The notes below the pieces were generated by a model. It worked only from the letters and a program-made list of their open reading frames with translations. It was not told where the DNA came from and did not search any database. 64,000 nt of DNA from Nitrospira sp. (GTDB taxonomy: Bacteria; Nitrospirota; Nitrospiria; Nitrospirales; Nitrospiraceae), in the NCBI GenBank assembly GCA_019636815.1, contig JAHBWT010000003.1, forward strand, positions 8,086 through 72,085. Reading direction: 5' to 3'. Of the stretch, positions 47,367 to 57,809 are shown in pieces. A program made the translations under genes and the position numbers. Each line of letters opens with the position of its first letter. Positions within the stretch are counted from its first letter, which is position 1.

Positions 47367-48197
47367 ATGATGAGAGGACTCCCCTATATGGCAGGTACGT
47401 TGGTCCTAGCGCTGTGCTCAACTACTGCCCTGGGATGTGTCGCTGATCGTCAGCATAGTCAATTTGTTCGAGAACAGTCGCGGATTGTCGATCTCACACA
47501 CTCGTTCGGGGCGGATACGATTGTCTGGCCGACAGAGCAGGATTTCAAACTTATCGTCCAGTATGCCGAGGACACAGCGGGCGGGTATTACTATGCGTCC
47601 AATCGTGTGGAGATGCCTGAGCATGGCGGTACGCACCTTGATGCGCCAATCCACTTTTCAAAAGGGATGCAAACGCTGGATCAGATTCCCATCGAGCGGA
47701 TGATCGGAGCCGGTGTCCGAATCGATGTCGCTGAACAATGTATCCGTGATCCTGATTACCGCGTGACTACTTCTGATCTCGAACGGTGGGAAGCCGAGCA
47801 TGGCCGAATTCAGGACCACGCCATCGTCCTGTTGAGTACGGGCTATGCCCGATTCTGGCCAAGTCGGAAGGGCTATCTAGGAACTGAGCTGAGAGGGCAG
47901 GAGGGAGTGCGGGCGCTGCATTTCCCTGGGTTACATCCGGAAGCGGCAGCCTGGCTGGTGCGTGAACGGCAAGTCAAAGCCGTTGGTATCGACACGGCGT
48001 CGATCGATTATGGCCAATCGACGAAATTCGAGACGCACGTCGCGCTGCTTTCCCGCAACGTGCCGGTGTTCGAGAATCTAGCCAATCTGCATGACTTGCC
48101 GGATCGGGGCTTTGACGTCATCGCGCTGCCTATGAAAATCGCCGGAGGCACCGGTGGCCCGCTCCGGATCATTGCGGTAGTGCCACCCTCGCGCTAG
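47367..48197 (+). CDS. cyclase family protein (arylformamidase/KynB-like) with lipoprotein-type signal
   Basis: HGGTHLDAPIHF cyclase motif. N-terminus MMRGLPYMAGTLVLALCSTTALGC. Confidence 0.8.
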   Translation: MMRGLPYMAGTLVLALCSTTALGCVADRQHSQFVREQSRIVDLTHSFGADTIVWPTEQDFKLIVQYAEDTAGGYYYASNRVEMPEHGGTHLDAPIHFSKGMQTLDQIPIERMIGAGVRIDVAEQCIRDPDYRVTTSDLERWEAEHGRIQDHAIVLLSTGYARFWPSRKGYLGTELRGQEGVRALHFPGLHPEAAAWLVRERQVKAVGIDTASIDYGQSTKFETHVALLSRNVPVFENLANLHDLPDRGFDVIALPMKIAGGTGGPLRIIAVVPPSR

Positions 48198-48834
48198 TTT
48201 TCGATTCCGACTTGTGGTGCTTTGATCTCCCTTGTAGACCATTCACAGCTGGGATAAGGATTCCAGTCTTACCGCCAAGCATCATTCCCTGCCCTAACAG
48301 AAACCACCGGCCGACGAGGGCAGCGGTTGCGGCATCCAACTCATCACTCGTCGCTGTCTTTTTCAAACCGCGCAGTCCGAGTTTCCGCAATCCAGTCAGC
48401 AGGCCTAGACGATCTTGGTGTTGACGAGGGATTTCCCACAGATCTTGCGCTGCGCCTGGATAGCATTCCACGGTCTGATAACCCATCGCAGTAAGGCGCT
48501 TCTTTAAGGCTAGGCCACGTTCTGTCAACATGCGCATGGGGCCGAGTGTCACGGGGAAGAAGCGGATACCGCGGCGGAGCAGGGCTCGATCGCACTCCCG
48601 CAGATGTTCGCCAGAACGATCATGAATCGTGCACCGGCCTTTGGGCAAACTATGTGGAGCATCGATTGGCACGAACGTTGGCCGAGTCTCCTTCACGAAG
48701 TGAATGATCTCATCGTCGCTAAATGTGACGAGTGTTTCAGCTCTCAGATCGTGTAGCACACACAGCACCGTCGGCCGCTGCGGAGACCCGGCGAGATCGA
48801 TGCCGACTATAACCAGCGGTGCGTTCTTAGCCAT
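48169..48834 (-). CDS. predicted RNase H-fold nuclease (DUF429/COG2410-like)
   Basis: N-terminus LVIVGIDLAGSPQRPT plus size. The assignment comes from memory of the family pattern only. Confidence 0.45.
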   Translation of the reverse strand: MAKNAPLVIVGIDLAGSPQRPTVLCVLHDLRAETLVTFSDDEIIHFVKETRPTFVPIDAPHSLPKGRCTIHDRSGEHLRECDRALLRRGIRFFPVTLGPMRMLTERGLALKKRLTAMGYQTVECYPGAAQDLWEIPRQHQDRLGLLTGLRKLGLRGLKKTATSDELDAATAALVGRWFLLGQGMMLGGKTGILIPAVNGLQGRSKHHKSESKTSARVALPQ

Positions 48835-48905
48835 GGAGTTTGCCTGCCGTGGGATTATAGCAGGCTCGCTTTCATCCTTTTAGGTTTCAGCGGACAAATG
48901 TATAC

Positions 48906-49097
48906 TTGTTTATCATGAAACCCGAAAAACCGACCATCTCTCAAGTGCTGGGCCGGCGACCAAGCGGGTTGAGTCAGCAGCTTGCTGACGAGAAGATTGA
49001 GCGAGCGAGGCATCAGACTCCAGAAGAACGGCTGACCATTGCATTGTACCTTTCCGATCTCTGCTACGAATTAAACCAGTGTTTTCCGAAGCCTTAA
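48906..49097 (+). CDS. small hypothetical protein upstream of the degraded nucleotidyltransferase
   Basis: 63 aa; overlaps the pseudogene start by 19 nt; no family recognised. Confidence 0.3.
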   Translation: MFIMKPEKPTISQVLGRRPSGLSQQLADEKIERARHQTPEERLTIALYLSDLCYELNQCFPKP

Positions 49098-49632
49098 GCC
49101 AAATTATTGAACGTTTGGCCAAAGCCCAAAAAGCTCGGCTGGTTCATTCTTACGCGTTGATTGGCGGCTTTGCGGTGTCGGCCTGAGGTGTTGCGCGAGC
49201 TACACAGGACATTGATCTTGCAGTAGCACTTGGGACATTAGAACCACAGACACTGGCTGCCCACCTGGGGGCCATCTATGAACCGGGCGGCATAGAGGAC
49301 CCGTTACGAGGAGTCTTCAGACTCAACCTGAAATGCAAAGGGCAAGAAGTGCCGGTTCAACTGATTGTGCTGCCGTCAAAACTGGCAGCCATCGCGTTCA
49401 ATCAAGTTGAAACGCTGAAGGTGCTGGGTTGCTCGGTGCCAGTGGTAAATTGGCGAGCCTCGTGCTCTTGAAGCTCTTTGCCGGGGGACCAATTGATTTG
49501 CAAGACGCCCGAAACATTGTCGTAGTGCGAAAACCCGATGAAGTTGATCGGGAGGGCCTCATCGCTCAGGCCGATACGTTAGGACTTACTCAAGAGGCAC
49601 GAATTCTGTTTGATTCGGCGGCGCTGAGCTAG
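49079..49632 (+). pseudogene. nucleotidyltransferase-fold (Pol-beta superfamily-like) pseudogene
   Basis: GTG at 49079. LIGGFAVSA*GVARATQDIDLAV has an in-frame TGA at 49184, where Trp is expected. A frameshift at about 49441-49470 precedes LVLLKLFAGGPIDLQDA. Confidence 0.5.
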
Positions 49633-49722
49633 TGCCCTCCTGTCGCAGACATTTCCGAGGTTTTCCACTGGCGGGCCACGACAGAGAATTCGGCTTGCCT
49701 CTACATCTCAACCAGGTGTGGC

Positions 49723-49762
49723 ACGAGTGCTCTCGATTGGGCACTCGTCTCGTTCTTCTCTC
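49723..49762 (+). terminator. possible intrinsic terminator
   Basis: ACGAGTGC-N10-GCACTCGT followed by a T-rich CTCGTTCTTCTCTC. Confidence 0.3.
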
Positions 49763-49787
49763 AGGCTTGTCATCCGGGCAAGTGTGG

Positions 49788-50990
49788 TTAAGCCACGATG
49801 GCTTGTTTAGTTTCGTCCAAATGCTTTCGCAGGTAGGCCATGAAAGGAGTGCCGCCGGTGCCGACTGCCGTGGGATTGGTGGTACTGGTTTGATGTTGGC
49901 GATGGATATAGCTGTCGGCGTAGCCGATATGAATTTCCCGGAACTGGGCCAGCAGGTCGATGCATGCACAGTAGGCGGACCATAGTTCAGGGTGACTCTG
50001 CCTGCGATCATGAGCATAGCCAGAAAGGAGAACCCGCCCTTGGCTGTCAATTTGGCTCTCCAGGGCATGAAGAAAGGCGCGATGGCGGGGAGGCATGTAC
50101 TCGCGCATCTCTTGGAGATATACCGTCAAGGGATCGGGCGCGTGGCGGATGCCCAGTCCCGCGTCCAGACAAGGGACGATCGTGCTCTGTGAGCCGGTCT
50201 CGCCACGAAATTGCTGCGGCTGTTGGGAATAGGCTTCGACGTTGTCATAGATCAGGCCATCGGGCAAGGACGGGCTGTTCTTCCAGCCGTGGATGTAGGG
50301 TCTCACGCGAGTATAGTAGACATAGGGATCGCAGCGCTCCTTCATGCGAAGCAGCGTGTCCCGCATGGCAGTTTGCGCAGATGCCAGGGCATGTAAACCC
50401 AAGAATACCTCGTCGTCATTCTCTTTTGCGGCTCCGTTGATCGCCCGCACTAGGCCCTCCAAGCCAGGCCCTGCCTGCCGCTCAATCTGGATGTGAACCA
50501 CGACAAACCACTCTTCATCCAATCCACCGAGAAAATTTTGCAGTAGCACGATGTTGTCGAGCTGAATCGGCTTCGCTCCGTCAAGCCGGCGCCAGTTGTC
50601 CAGCGCGTAGGAAGTATAGGAAAGGATCGGCGGGCGACCGAGTTTCTGGGCGACCTCATACCATGGTCGTGCGAGCTGGGAGGGGAGCTTGATGGCCGGT
50701 TGCCCCGGTGTTTCCCAAACATAGGCGTGGCCGGAAAATGAAAGGATGCGCATCGCTGCTCGATACTCCTCTTCCCGCCAAGTAGAAGGGATGGACGGAA
50801 GCAGCGACGGTTGTTCGTCGATAAACTGCCGGACCTGGCGCGTGCTCAGCAGCTTCGGCATCTCACGGCTCAGATGGTTCAGTACCGGACAGTCGGGCAG
50901 AGTTTCGCAAGGATCCGACGACAGGAATCCCCGCTCATAAGAGATGTCAAAATCTGCAAGCGACAACGGCTGGGGTATTGAGGATTTCAC
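49788..50990 (-). CDS. indoleamine 2,3-dioxygenase family heme dioxygenase
   Basis: GETGSQSTIVPCLDAGLGI and LQEMREYMPPRHRAFLHAL match the eukaryotic IDO GGSAGQSS and FLQDMRRYMPPAHRNFL regions. GTG start at 50990 has AGGAG 5 nt upstream. Confidence 0.88.
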   Translation of the reverse strand: MKSSIPQPLSLADFDISYERGFLSSDPCETLPDCPVLNHLSREMPKLLSTRQVRQFIDEQPSLLPSIPSTWREEEYRAAMRILSFSGHAYVWETPGQPAIKLPSQLARPWYEVAQKLGRPPILSYTSYALDNWRRLDGAKPIQLDNIVLLQNFLGGLDEEWFVVVHIQIERQAGPGLEGLVRAINGAAKENDDEVFLGLHALASAQTAMRDTLLRMKERCDPYVYYTRVRPYIHGWKNSPSLPDGLIYDNVEAYSQQPQQFRGETGSQSTIVPCLDAGLGIRHAPDPLTVYLQEMREYMPPRHRAFLHALESQIDSQGRVLLSGYAHDRRQSHPELWSAYCACIDLLAQFREIHIGYADSYIHRQHQTSTTNPTAVGTGGTPFMAYLRKHLDETKQAIVA

Positions 50991-51042
50991 GGAGGCTCCT
51001 TGCCACACTCTACCACTCCTCGACAGGATTGCAATCGGCCTC

Positions 51043-51080
51043 AAAAACAAAAAGGCCGCCTTCTCAGGCGGCCTTTTTCT
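51043..51080 (-). terminator. rho-independent terminator of the metK-ahcY transcript
   Basis: GGCCGCC-TGAGAA-GGCGGCC followed by TTTTTGTTTTT on the minus strand. Confidence 0.75.
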
Positions 51081-51152
51081 CTCCTCCGCAGATGCGGCGT
51101 GGGTGCTCTCGCACTGTGCGCGCTCTTAACCTCAGCGAGCATTCGCCCGAAT

Positions 51153-51277
51153 CAGGATGCTCAAAATGGCAGCCCGGCTAGGCCGCAGGGAGCTCGGCGA
51201 CCGAAGCGTACCCTTGCGGTACGTTGCAGGGAGACGAGCGACTGAGAACAACGCCGGGGGACATTTTCAGCATCCTG
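51153..51277. repeat. structured intergenic repeat, copy A (TIR CAGGATGCTGAAAATG / CATTTTGAGCATCCTG)
   Basis: 16-bp terminal inverted repeat with 1 mismatch, 1 nt after the ahcY TAG. The interior is collinear with copy B: GTCGCTC, CAACGTAC..GTACGC, CTCCCTGCGGCCT. Confidence 0.5.
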
Positions 51278-51278
51278 C

Positions 51279-52661
<1,383 letters not shown>

Positions 52662-53810
52662 TTAGAGTCCGGTGTCCTTGCGCAGCACCCTGCTCTTATC
52701 GGTTTTTTCCCACGTAAACTCCGGTTCGTTACGTCCGAAATGCCCGTAAGCCGCAGTCTTACGGAAAATCGGCCGCCGAAGCTTGAGATGATCGATAATG
52801 CCTCGTGGGGTCAAGGGGAAATGTTTGCGCACGAGTTTGTCGAGCATATCAACCGAAACTTTTTCGGTATTCTTGGTATCAACCAGGACTGATACCGGAT
52901 CGGCAACTCCGATGGCATAGGCCAGCTGCACCTCGCACTTATCGGCCAATCCGGCAGCGACGAGATTCTTGGCGATATAACGAGCCATATAGGAGGCCGA
53001 GCGGTCCACCTTCGTTGGGTCTTTGCCGGAAAAGGCACCGCCGCCATGGCTGCCGTGTCCGCCGTAGGTATCGACGATAATCTTCCGGCCGGTGAGACCG
53101 GTGTCGCCCATCGGGCCACCGACCACGAAACGGCCGGTCGGATTGATGTGATGCTTCACGCTGGTCGGGTCATAGAGCCCTTTCGGCATCACGGGCTTAA
53201 TCACCTTTTCCATGAGGTCACGTTCGATTTGTTTATTGGTGACATCGGGGCTGTGCTGTGTGGAAACGACAATCGTATCAATCCGCACGGGCTTGCCGTT
53301 CTTGTACTCGACCGTCACTTGCGACTTACCGTCCGGGCGTACCCACTTGAGAATGTTTTTCTTGCGCACCTCGGCCAGGCGCTTCGTCAGCCGGTGGGCC
53401 AACACGATCGGCATCGGCATCAGCTCATCCGTTTCATTTGTGGCGTATCCGAACATCAGACCCTGATCGCCGGCCCCTCCGGAGTCCACGCCCATTGCGA
53501 TGTCTCCGGATTGTTGGTGGATGGCGGTCAAGACCGAGCAGGTATGAAAGTCGAATCCCCACGACGCATCGCAATACCCGACATCCTTGATGACTTCACG
53601 GATAATATCTGGGATTTCGACGTAGGCCTTTGTAGAAATTTCGCCGGCTACCAGCGCGATGCCGGTGGTCAGAATGGTTTCGCAGGCGACGCGGGAATGT
53701 TTGTCTTGAGCGATGATGGCATCCAAGATCCCGTCTGAAATTTGGTCGGCGATCTTATCCGGATGGCCTTCAGTAACCGATTCCGAAGTGAACAGATAAT
53801 TGTCTCTCAT
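52662..53810 (-). CDS. metK: methionine adenosyltransferase
   Basis: [35 protein letters not shown]. Confidence 0.95.
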   Translation of the reverse strand: MRDNYLFTSESVTEGHPDKIADQISDGILDAIIAQDKHSRVACETILTTGIALVAGEISTKAYVEIPDIIREVIKDVGYCDASWGFDFHTCSVLTAIHQQSGDIAMGVDSGGAGDQGLMFGYATNETDELMPMPIVLAHRLTKRLAEVRKKNILKWVRPDGKSQVTVEYKNGKPVRIDTIVVSTQHSPDVTNKQIERDLMEKVIKPVMPKGLYDPTSVKHHINPTGRFVVGGPMGDTGLTGRKIIVDTYGGHGSHGGGAFSGKDPTKVDRSASYMARYIAKNLVAAGLADKCEVQLAYAIGVADPVSVLVDTKNTEKVSVDMLDKLVRKHFPLTPRGIIDHLKLRRPIFRKTAAYGHFGRNEPEFTWEKTDKSRVLRKDTGL

Positions 53811-54136
53811 ATGCCCCTCGTGGGTTCAGGTTGTGGAAAACCGGCGCGATGCTGTCTGTCCTTACGGTGGATGTGAGGATGTGGTGCCGAATGACGAGCC
53901 ACGCACAAACCCACACGATTCTAGAGACATCGATCGGGTTTGTCCATCATTTCGGCGGGAGAGGTTTGAAAACTTGTCACTGGCCGCTTGCTTGACTCAG
54001 GTTTTTATAGGCTTGTACCATAGCTAGGTTTCCCAGAAATTGTCTCACTGTCGAGCATGAAACCATGCTTAGCGGCCACACTTACGGTAAGCTGGAACAC
54101 CCGCTTAATCCGATGTAAATATTATTTGAAAATTAC

Positions 54137-54694
54137 ATGGGACATCACCTCATCATAGCATCGTTCTTAACCTTCGTGGTTGCCGGTGGGATTGTTCTGG
54201 TATCTTTCTCTGTGGCGGAACCAGCTCAATCTGGGAAGCGATCAACTCTTGAACGGGGTATGGTCCAAGTTGGTGACGAAGCGCCGAATTTTGCTCTGCG
54301 CGACCTCACTGGAAAGGTGAGGAACTTGTCGCAATTTAGAGGCAAAGTCGTTCTCCTGAATTTCTGGGCAACCTGGTGCGGGCCCTGCCGTGTCGAGATG
54401 CCTGCCATGGAACAGCTGTATCAAACGTTCCCACGACGTGAATTCGAAATTCTCGCAGTATCAACGGATGCGCAGGGGACGACCGTGACACGGCCGTTTC
54501 AACAGCAAATGGGATTGACGTTTCCCATTCTCCATGACTCCGAGTATCGCACCGGGTTGGTATATGGAGCGCGCGCACTGCCGATCACCTTCATGCTGGA
54601 TCGACAGGGAATTGTGCGGCAGAAAATCTTTGGTGCGCGCGACTGGGCTTCACCTGAGGCCCGTGAATTGATTCATGCTCTGATGAAGTCCTAA
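54137..54694 (+). CDS. TlpA/ResA-type thiol:disulfide oxidoreductase
   Basis: N-terminal TM segment; FWATWCGPCRVEMP. Confidence 0.85.
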   Translation: MGHHLIIASFLTFVVAGGIVLVSFSVAEPAQSGKRSTLERGMVQVGDEAPNFALRDLTGKVRNLSQFRGKVVLLNFWATWCGPCRVEMPAMEQLYQTFPRREFEILAVSTDAQGTTVTRPFQQQMGLTFPILHDSEYRTGLVYGARALPITFMLDRQGIVRQKIFGARDWASPEARELIHALMKS

Positions 54695-54696
54695 CG

Positions 54697-55443
54697 ATGA
54701 CTCAATCAATCCCACAGATTTCTCTGATTGCAGCCTTTTCAGCGGGGCTTCTTTCGTTTGTGTCTCCATGCGTGTTGCCCCTTGTGCCGAGCTATATTTC
54801 CTACATTACCGGGCTGTCGGTCGAACAGCTAGCGGATGCCTCTGAACGTGAAAAATTCAAGAAGGCGATCATCGCGAACTCCTTGTTGTTCATCGGCGGG
54901 TTCTCATCCGTGTTCATCGCATTCGGCGCGTCCGCCAGCTTTCTCGGTCAGCTCTTACTTAGCCATCAAGACATCATCCGCCGTATCGGCGGAGTGTTGA
55001 TCATCGTGTTTGGACTGTATCTGCTTGGGATACTCAACCTCAAGTTCCTCAAGATGGAGCATCGGTATCAATTTCGAAATCGACCGGCTGGATACTTGGG
55101 GTCGTTCCTGATCGGAGTGGCGTTTGCCGCAGGGTGGACACCCTGTGTAGGACCGGTGCTGGGATCCATTCTTCTTTATGCGAGTACTACTGACTCTCTT
55201 CTCAACGGGATCGTACTATTGACATGTTACTCGCTCGGCTTGGGCTTGCCGCTGTTCCTTACGGCTTTGGGTGTAGATCGATTTCTCGTCTATTTCAAAG
55301 AAGTGCGAGCCTATTTGTGGGGAGTTTCGACGGTGAGCGGCGTAATGCTGGTCCTCGTCGGCGTGATGATCTACGCGAATTCACTCACGATGGTGACGAG
55401 TTTCTTGGAACGATATGGGATTGGTTGGTACCTAGGCCAATAG
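54697..55443 (+). CDS. ccdA: cytochrome c biogenesis thiol-reductant transporter CcdA
   Basis: FVSPCVLPLVPSY and GWTPCVGPVLGSIL conserved Cys motifs. Confidence 0.9.
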   Translation: MTQSIPQISLIAAFSAGLLSFVSPCVLPLVPSYISYITGLSVEQLADASEREKFKKAIIANSLLFIGGFSSVFIAFGASASFLGQLLLSHQDIIRRIGGVLIIVFGLYLLGILNLKFLKMEHRYQFRNRPAGYLGSFLIGVAFAAGWTPCVGPVLGSILLYASTTDSLLNGIVLLTCYSLGLGLPLFLTALGVDRFLVYFKEVRAYLWGVSTVSGVMLVLVGVMIYANSLTMVTSFLERYGIGWYLGQ

Positions 55444-55644
55444 TGGGGGGTTGCAGTGGGAACTCACGATCTCGGTCTTACTCGCTGGCCACTCGCAACG
55501 TACGCGAGCAGCAGCAGTGGGTCACTAGCCCTCACGCTCGGCGGTCTCGTGAACGATTTTCCGAGTATCCCTTTACAGGGCTCAGCTCACACACGCTGAT
55601 TTCTTACGCAACGCCTCGCCTGTGAGTTGTTCCAGCCTGCAGAA
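55444..55644. repeat. possible divergent third member (copy C) of the intergenic repeat family
   Basis: Fills the spacer exactly between the ccdA TAG and the bamD TAG. Ends pair imperfectly (TGCAGTGGGAACTCAC / GTGAGTTGTTCCAGCCTGCA). On the minus strand it begins GCAGGCTGGAAC. Contains CGCAACGTACGCG and ACGCCTCGC, as in copy B. Confidence 0.3.
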
Positions 55645-56628
55645 CTAGCACCAGGCGCCAAGGCGGCAGGTCGTAACGCCTTGCCCTAGTGCGCTGGCAG
55701 AGGGCGCGCCAATTGTTTCCATTGCCGATGATGATTGTGAAGAAACAGATGGCCTGTTAGTGGCGTGCGCCTGGCTATTGGGGACCATCGTCGGGGTTGC
55801 ATCGGAGAGGGTGATAGAGTCCGCTTTCTGTGCAAGGAGTGTCTTGGGGGGAGCTCCGCCGATTTTTCCCAATAAAGTGCTCCCGGCTTCAGAAGCCGTA
55901 CTGTTTGGGTATTTGTCCAAGAGTGCGAGGAGATTGTCTCGTGCCCAATCGTCAGCTCCCATTTCATGGTAGGCCTTGGCTTGGAAGTACAATGCATCTG
56001 AGGCGGCCGGCTTATCGGGATAGGTTTTGATGACCTGTCCGAACCGGTGAGCGGCGGCAAGATATGAACCCCGTCGGTAATAGAATTGTCCTACAAAGAG
56101 ATGCATCTGGGCGATCCAATTGTGGCACTCCTCAAGTTTTTGCTGCGCTTGTGCATCGTACCGGCTGGCGGGGAAATCTTTTCGCATCTGCTCGAACGCC
56201 GCGATGGCTTTCTGCATCGGTTCGGGATCTCGATCGATGGTTTTTGCCATCATGACATGAATTTCCCCGATCCTGAATGCCGCATAGGGTGCCAGAACGT
56301 GATTGCGATGAAGGTCCATGAAGTGGTTGTACTCGACTAAGGCCTCCGCATATTCCTCTTTCTCAAAATACGCCTCCCCCCGTTTCATGATGACATTGGG
56401 GTGGTAATGGTTGTCGACGGTATCACCGATAAAAATTTGTTCGTCCGTTCCACTGATGACTTTCTTGATCCCGCTCCGTACGTCGCCGGGGGTTATATCA
56501 CCGGCACAGGAGACCAAGAAGAGAGACCCGAAGGTGAGACACCCGACCAGCCGAAAAGTTGAAGATTTGGATGGTAGAGGAACATCGAGACGAAAACAGA
56601 AGGAACTCATGCCTGACACACATAGCAA
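55645..56628 (-). CDS. bamD: outer membrane protein assembly factor BamD-like TPR lipoprotein
   Basis: Lipobox LFLVSCAG. BamD-like TPR core including LFVGQFYYRRGSYLAAAHRFGQVIKTYP. Start is 56628 or 56610. Confidence 0.72.
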   Translation of the reverse strand: MLCVSGMSSFCFRLDVPLPSKSSTFRLVGCLTFGSLFLVSCAGDITPGDVRSGIKKVISGTDEQIFIGDTVDNHYHPNVIMKRGEAYFEKEEYAEALVEYNHFMDLHRNHVLAPYAAFRIGEIHVMMAKTIDRDPEPMQKAIAAFEQMRKDFPASRYDAQAQQKLEECHNWIAQMHLFVGQFYYRRGSYLAAAHRFGQVIKTYPDKPAASDALYFQAKAYHEMGADDWARDNLLALLDKYPNSTASEAGSTLLGKIGGAPPKTLLAQKADSITLSDATPTMVPNSQAHATNRPSVSSQSSSAMETIGAPSASALGQGVTTCRLGAWC

Positions 56629-56664
56629 GGAAAGAGGGAAAAATCAATCACATGGTTAGTTTGG

Positions 56665-56693
56665 TTGACCAGCCTGCTGATGCTCCCTATAAT
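56665..56693 (+). promoter_or_regulatory. sigma70-type promoter of fabH
   Basis: TTGACC-N17-TATAAT, 57 nt upstream of the fabH ATG. Confidence 0.55.
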
Positions 56694-56749
56694 CCGGCCC
56701 CGCGACAGCAGATTGAACAATTTTGTGACAAGTGATCGTGGTTTAGAAG

Positions 56750-57742
56750 ATGATTCGACCGCGGCTCATTGGAACAGGCAGCTATCTTCCGTCCCGTGTC
56801 GTCACTAATGAGGAGATTGCCAGGATGACAGGGGTATCTCCGGCTGGTGTTGAACGACTCACTGGTATTCGGACGCGTCGTTGGGCTGCGGAGCAGGAGG
56901 CGTCTTCCGATATGGCGATTGCCGCGGGGCGTCGAGCCCTTGATGCCGCAGGGTGTAGGCCTTCCTCCATCGATGCCATTATCCTGTCCACAACGTCCCC
57001 TGATATGGCCTTCCCATCAACAGCGTGCGCTGTCCAGCGAGGTCTGGGATGTAAGCAGGTTGGAGCTTTTGATGTATCCGCCTCATGTTCGGGGTTTTTG
57101 TATGGCCTTTCCATGGCGCAGGCCATGATCCAGAGCACTCAGGTGAGGACCTGCCTCGTGATCGCTTCAGAGGTGAAGTCGCGATCGCTCGATTACCAGG
57201 ATGAAGCGACCACACTATTGTTCGGAGACGGAGCCGGAGCCGTTATCGTCCAAGGCGAAGAAGATCGCAGCGCTGAGTGGCGAGGGATTCTCAGCATCAA
57301 GTTATACGCCGATGGGGCGCACCACGGACTCATTTGTGTTCCTAGTGGTGGATCGCGACTGCCATTGACTTCCGAGGCGGTAAGAACAAGAGAGCATGTG
57401 CTTCGCATGCGGGGGGCGCCGCTCTTCCGGTTAGCCATTCGACGGGTTGAACGCGCGGTAATGGATATCCTGAAGGAATGTGGCGTCCGTTCCGAGGATA
57501 TTAGGCATGTGGTGCTCCATCAGGCGAACGGGCGCATTTTGTCGCAAATCGCAGGTCGCGTGGGCGTCGGGGACGATCGCCTGGCATCGGTGATCGAACG
57601 ATATGGCAACACGTCCTCGGCCTCTCTTCCCATCGCGCTCGATGATTCGGTCCGCGGTGGAAAGATCTCGCCCGGAGATTTGGTGCTGCTCGGCAGTTTT
57701 GGCGGGGGCCTGACGTGGGCCACGAGCCTCGTACGCTGGTAG
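56750..57742 (+). CDS. fabH: 3-oxoacyl-ACP synthase III
   Basis: DVSASCSGFLYGL (active-site Cys), HQANGRI and GNTSSASLP. Confidence 0.92.
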   Translation: MIRPRLIGTGSYLPSRVVTNEEIARMTGVSPAGVERLTGIRTRRWAAEQEASSDMAIAAGRRALDAAGCRPSSIDAIILSTTSPDMAFPSTACAVQRGLGCKQVGAFDVSASCSGFLYGLSMAQAMIQSTQVRTCLVIASEVKSRSLDYQDEATTLLFGDGAGAVIVQGEEDRSAEWRGILSIKLYADGAHHGLICVPSGGSRLPLTSEAVRTREHVLRMRGAPLFRLAIRRVERAVMDILKECGVRSEDIRHVVLHQANGRILSQIAGRVGVGDDRLASVIERYGNTSSASLPIALDDSVRGGKISPGDLVLLGSFGGGLTWATSLVRW

Positions 57743-57809
57743 AGACTGAATCCGCTCACAAGCGCATCATTGCCACACACATCCGACTCAGGAGTCCGAG
57801 ATATAGAAG

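Noticed and set aside
49184-49186. In-frame TGA as selenocysteine or programmed read-through.
   Set aside because: The position aligns with an expected Trp (TGG to TGA), I saw no obvious SECIS-like hairpin just downstream on a quick look, and the same gene also carries a frameshift. A pseudogene is the simpler reading.
53811-54000. SAM riboswitch (classes I-VI) in the metK leader.
   Set aside because: There is no kink-turn/GGCCC..CCCGGCAACC (SAM-I) or AAAGCU-type (SAM-II/V) core, and no SMK box overlapping the SD. Only a generic long hairpin is present.
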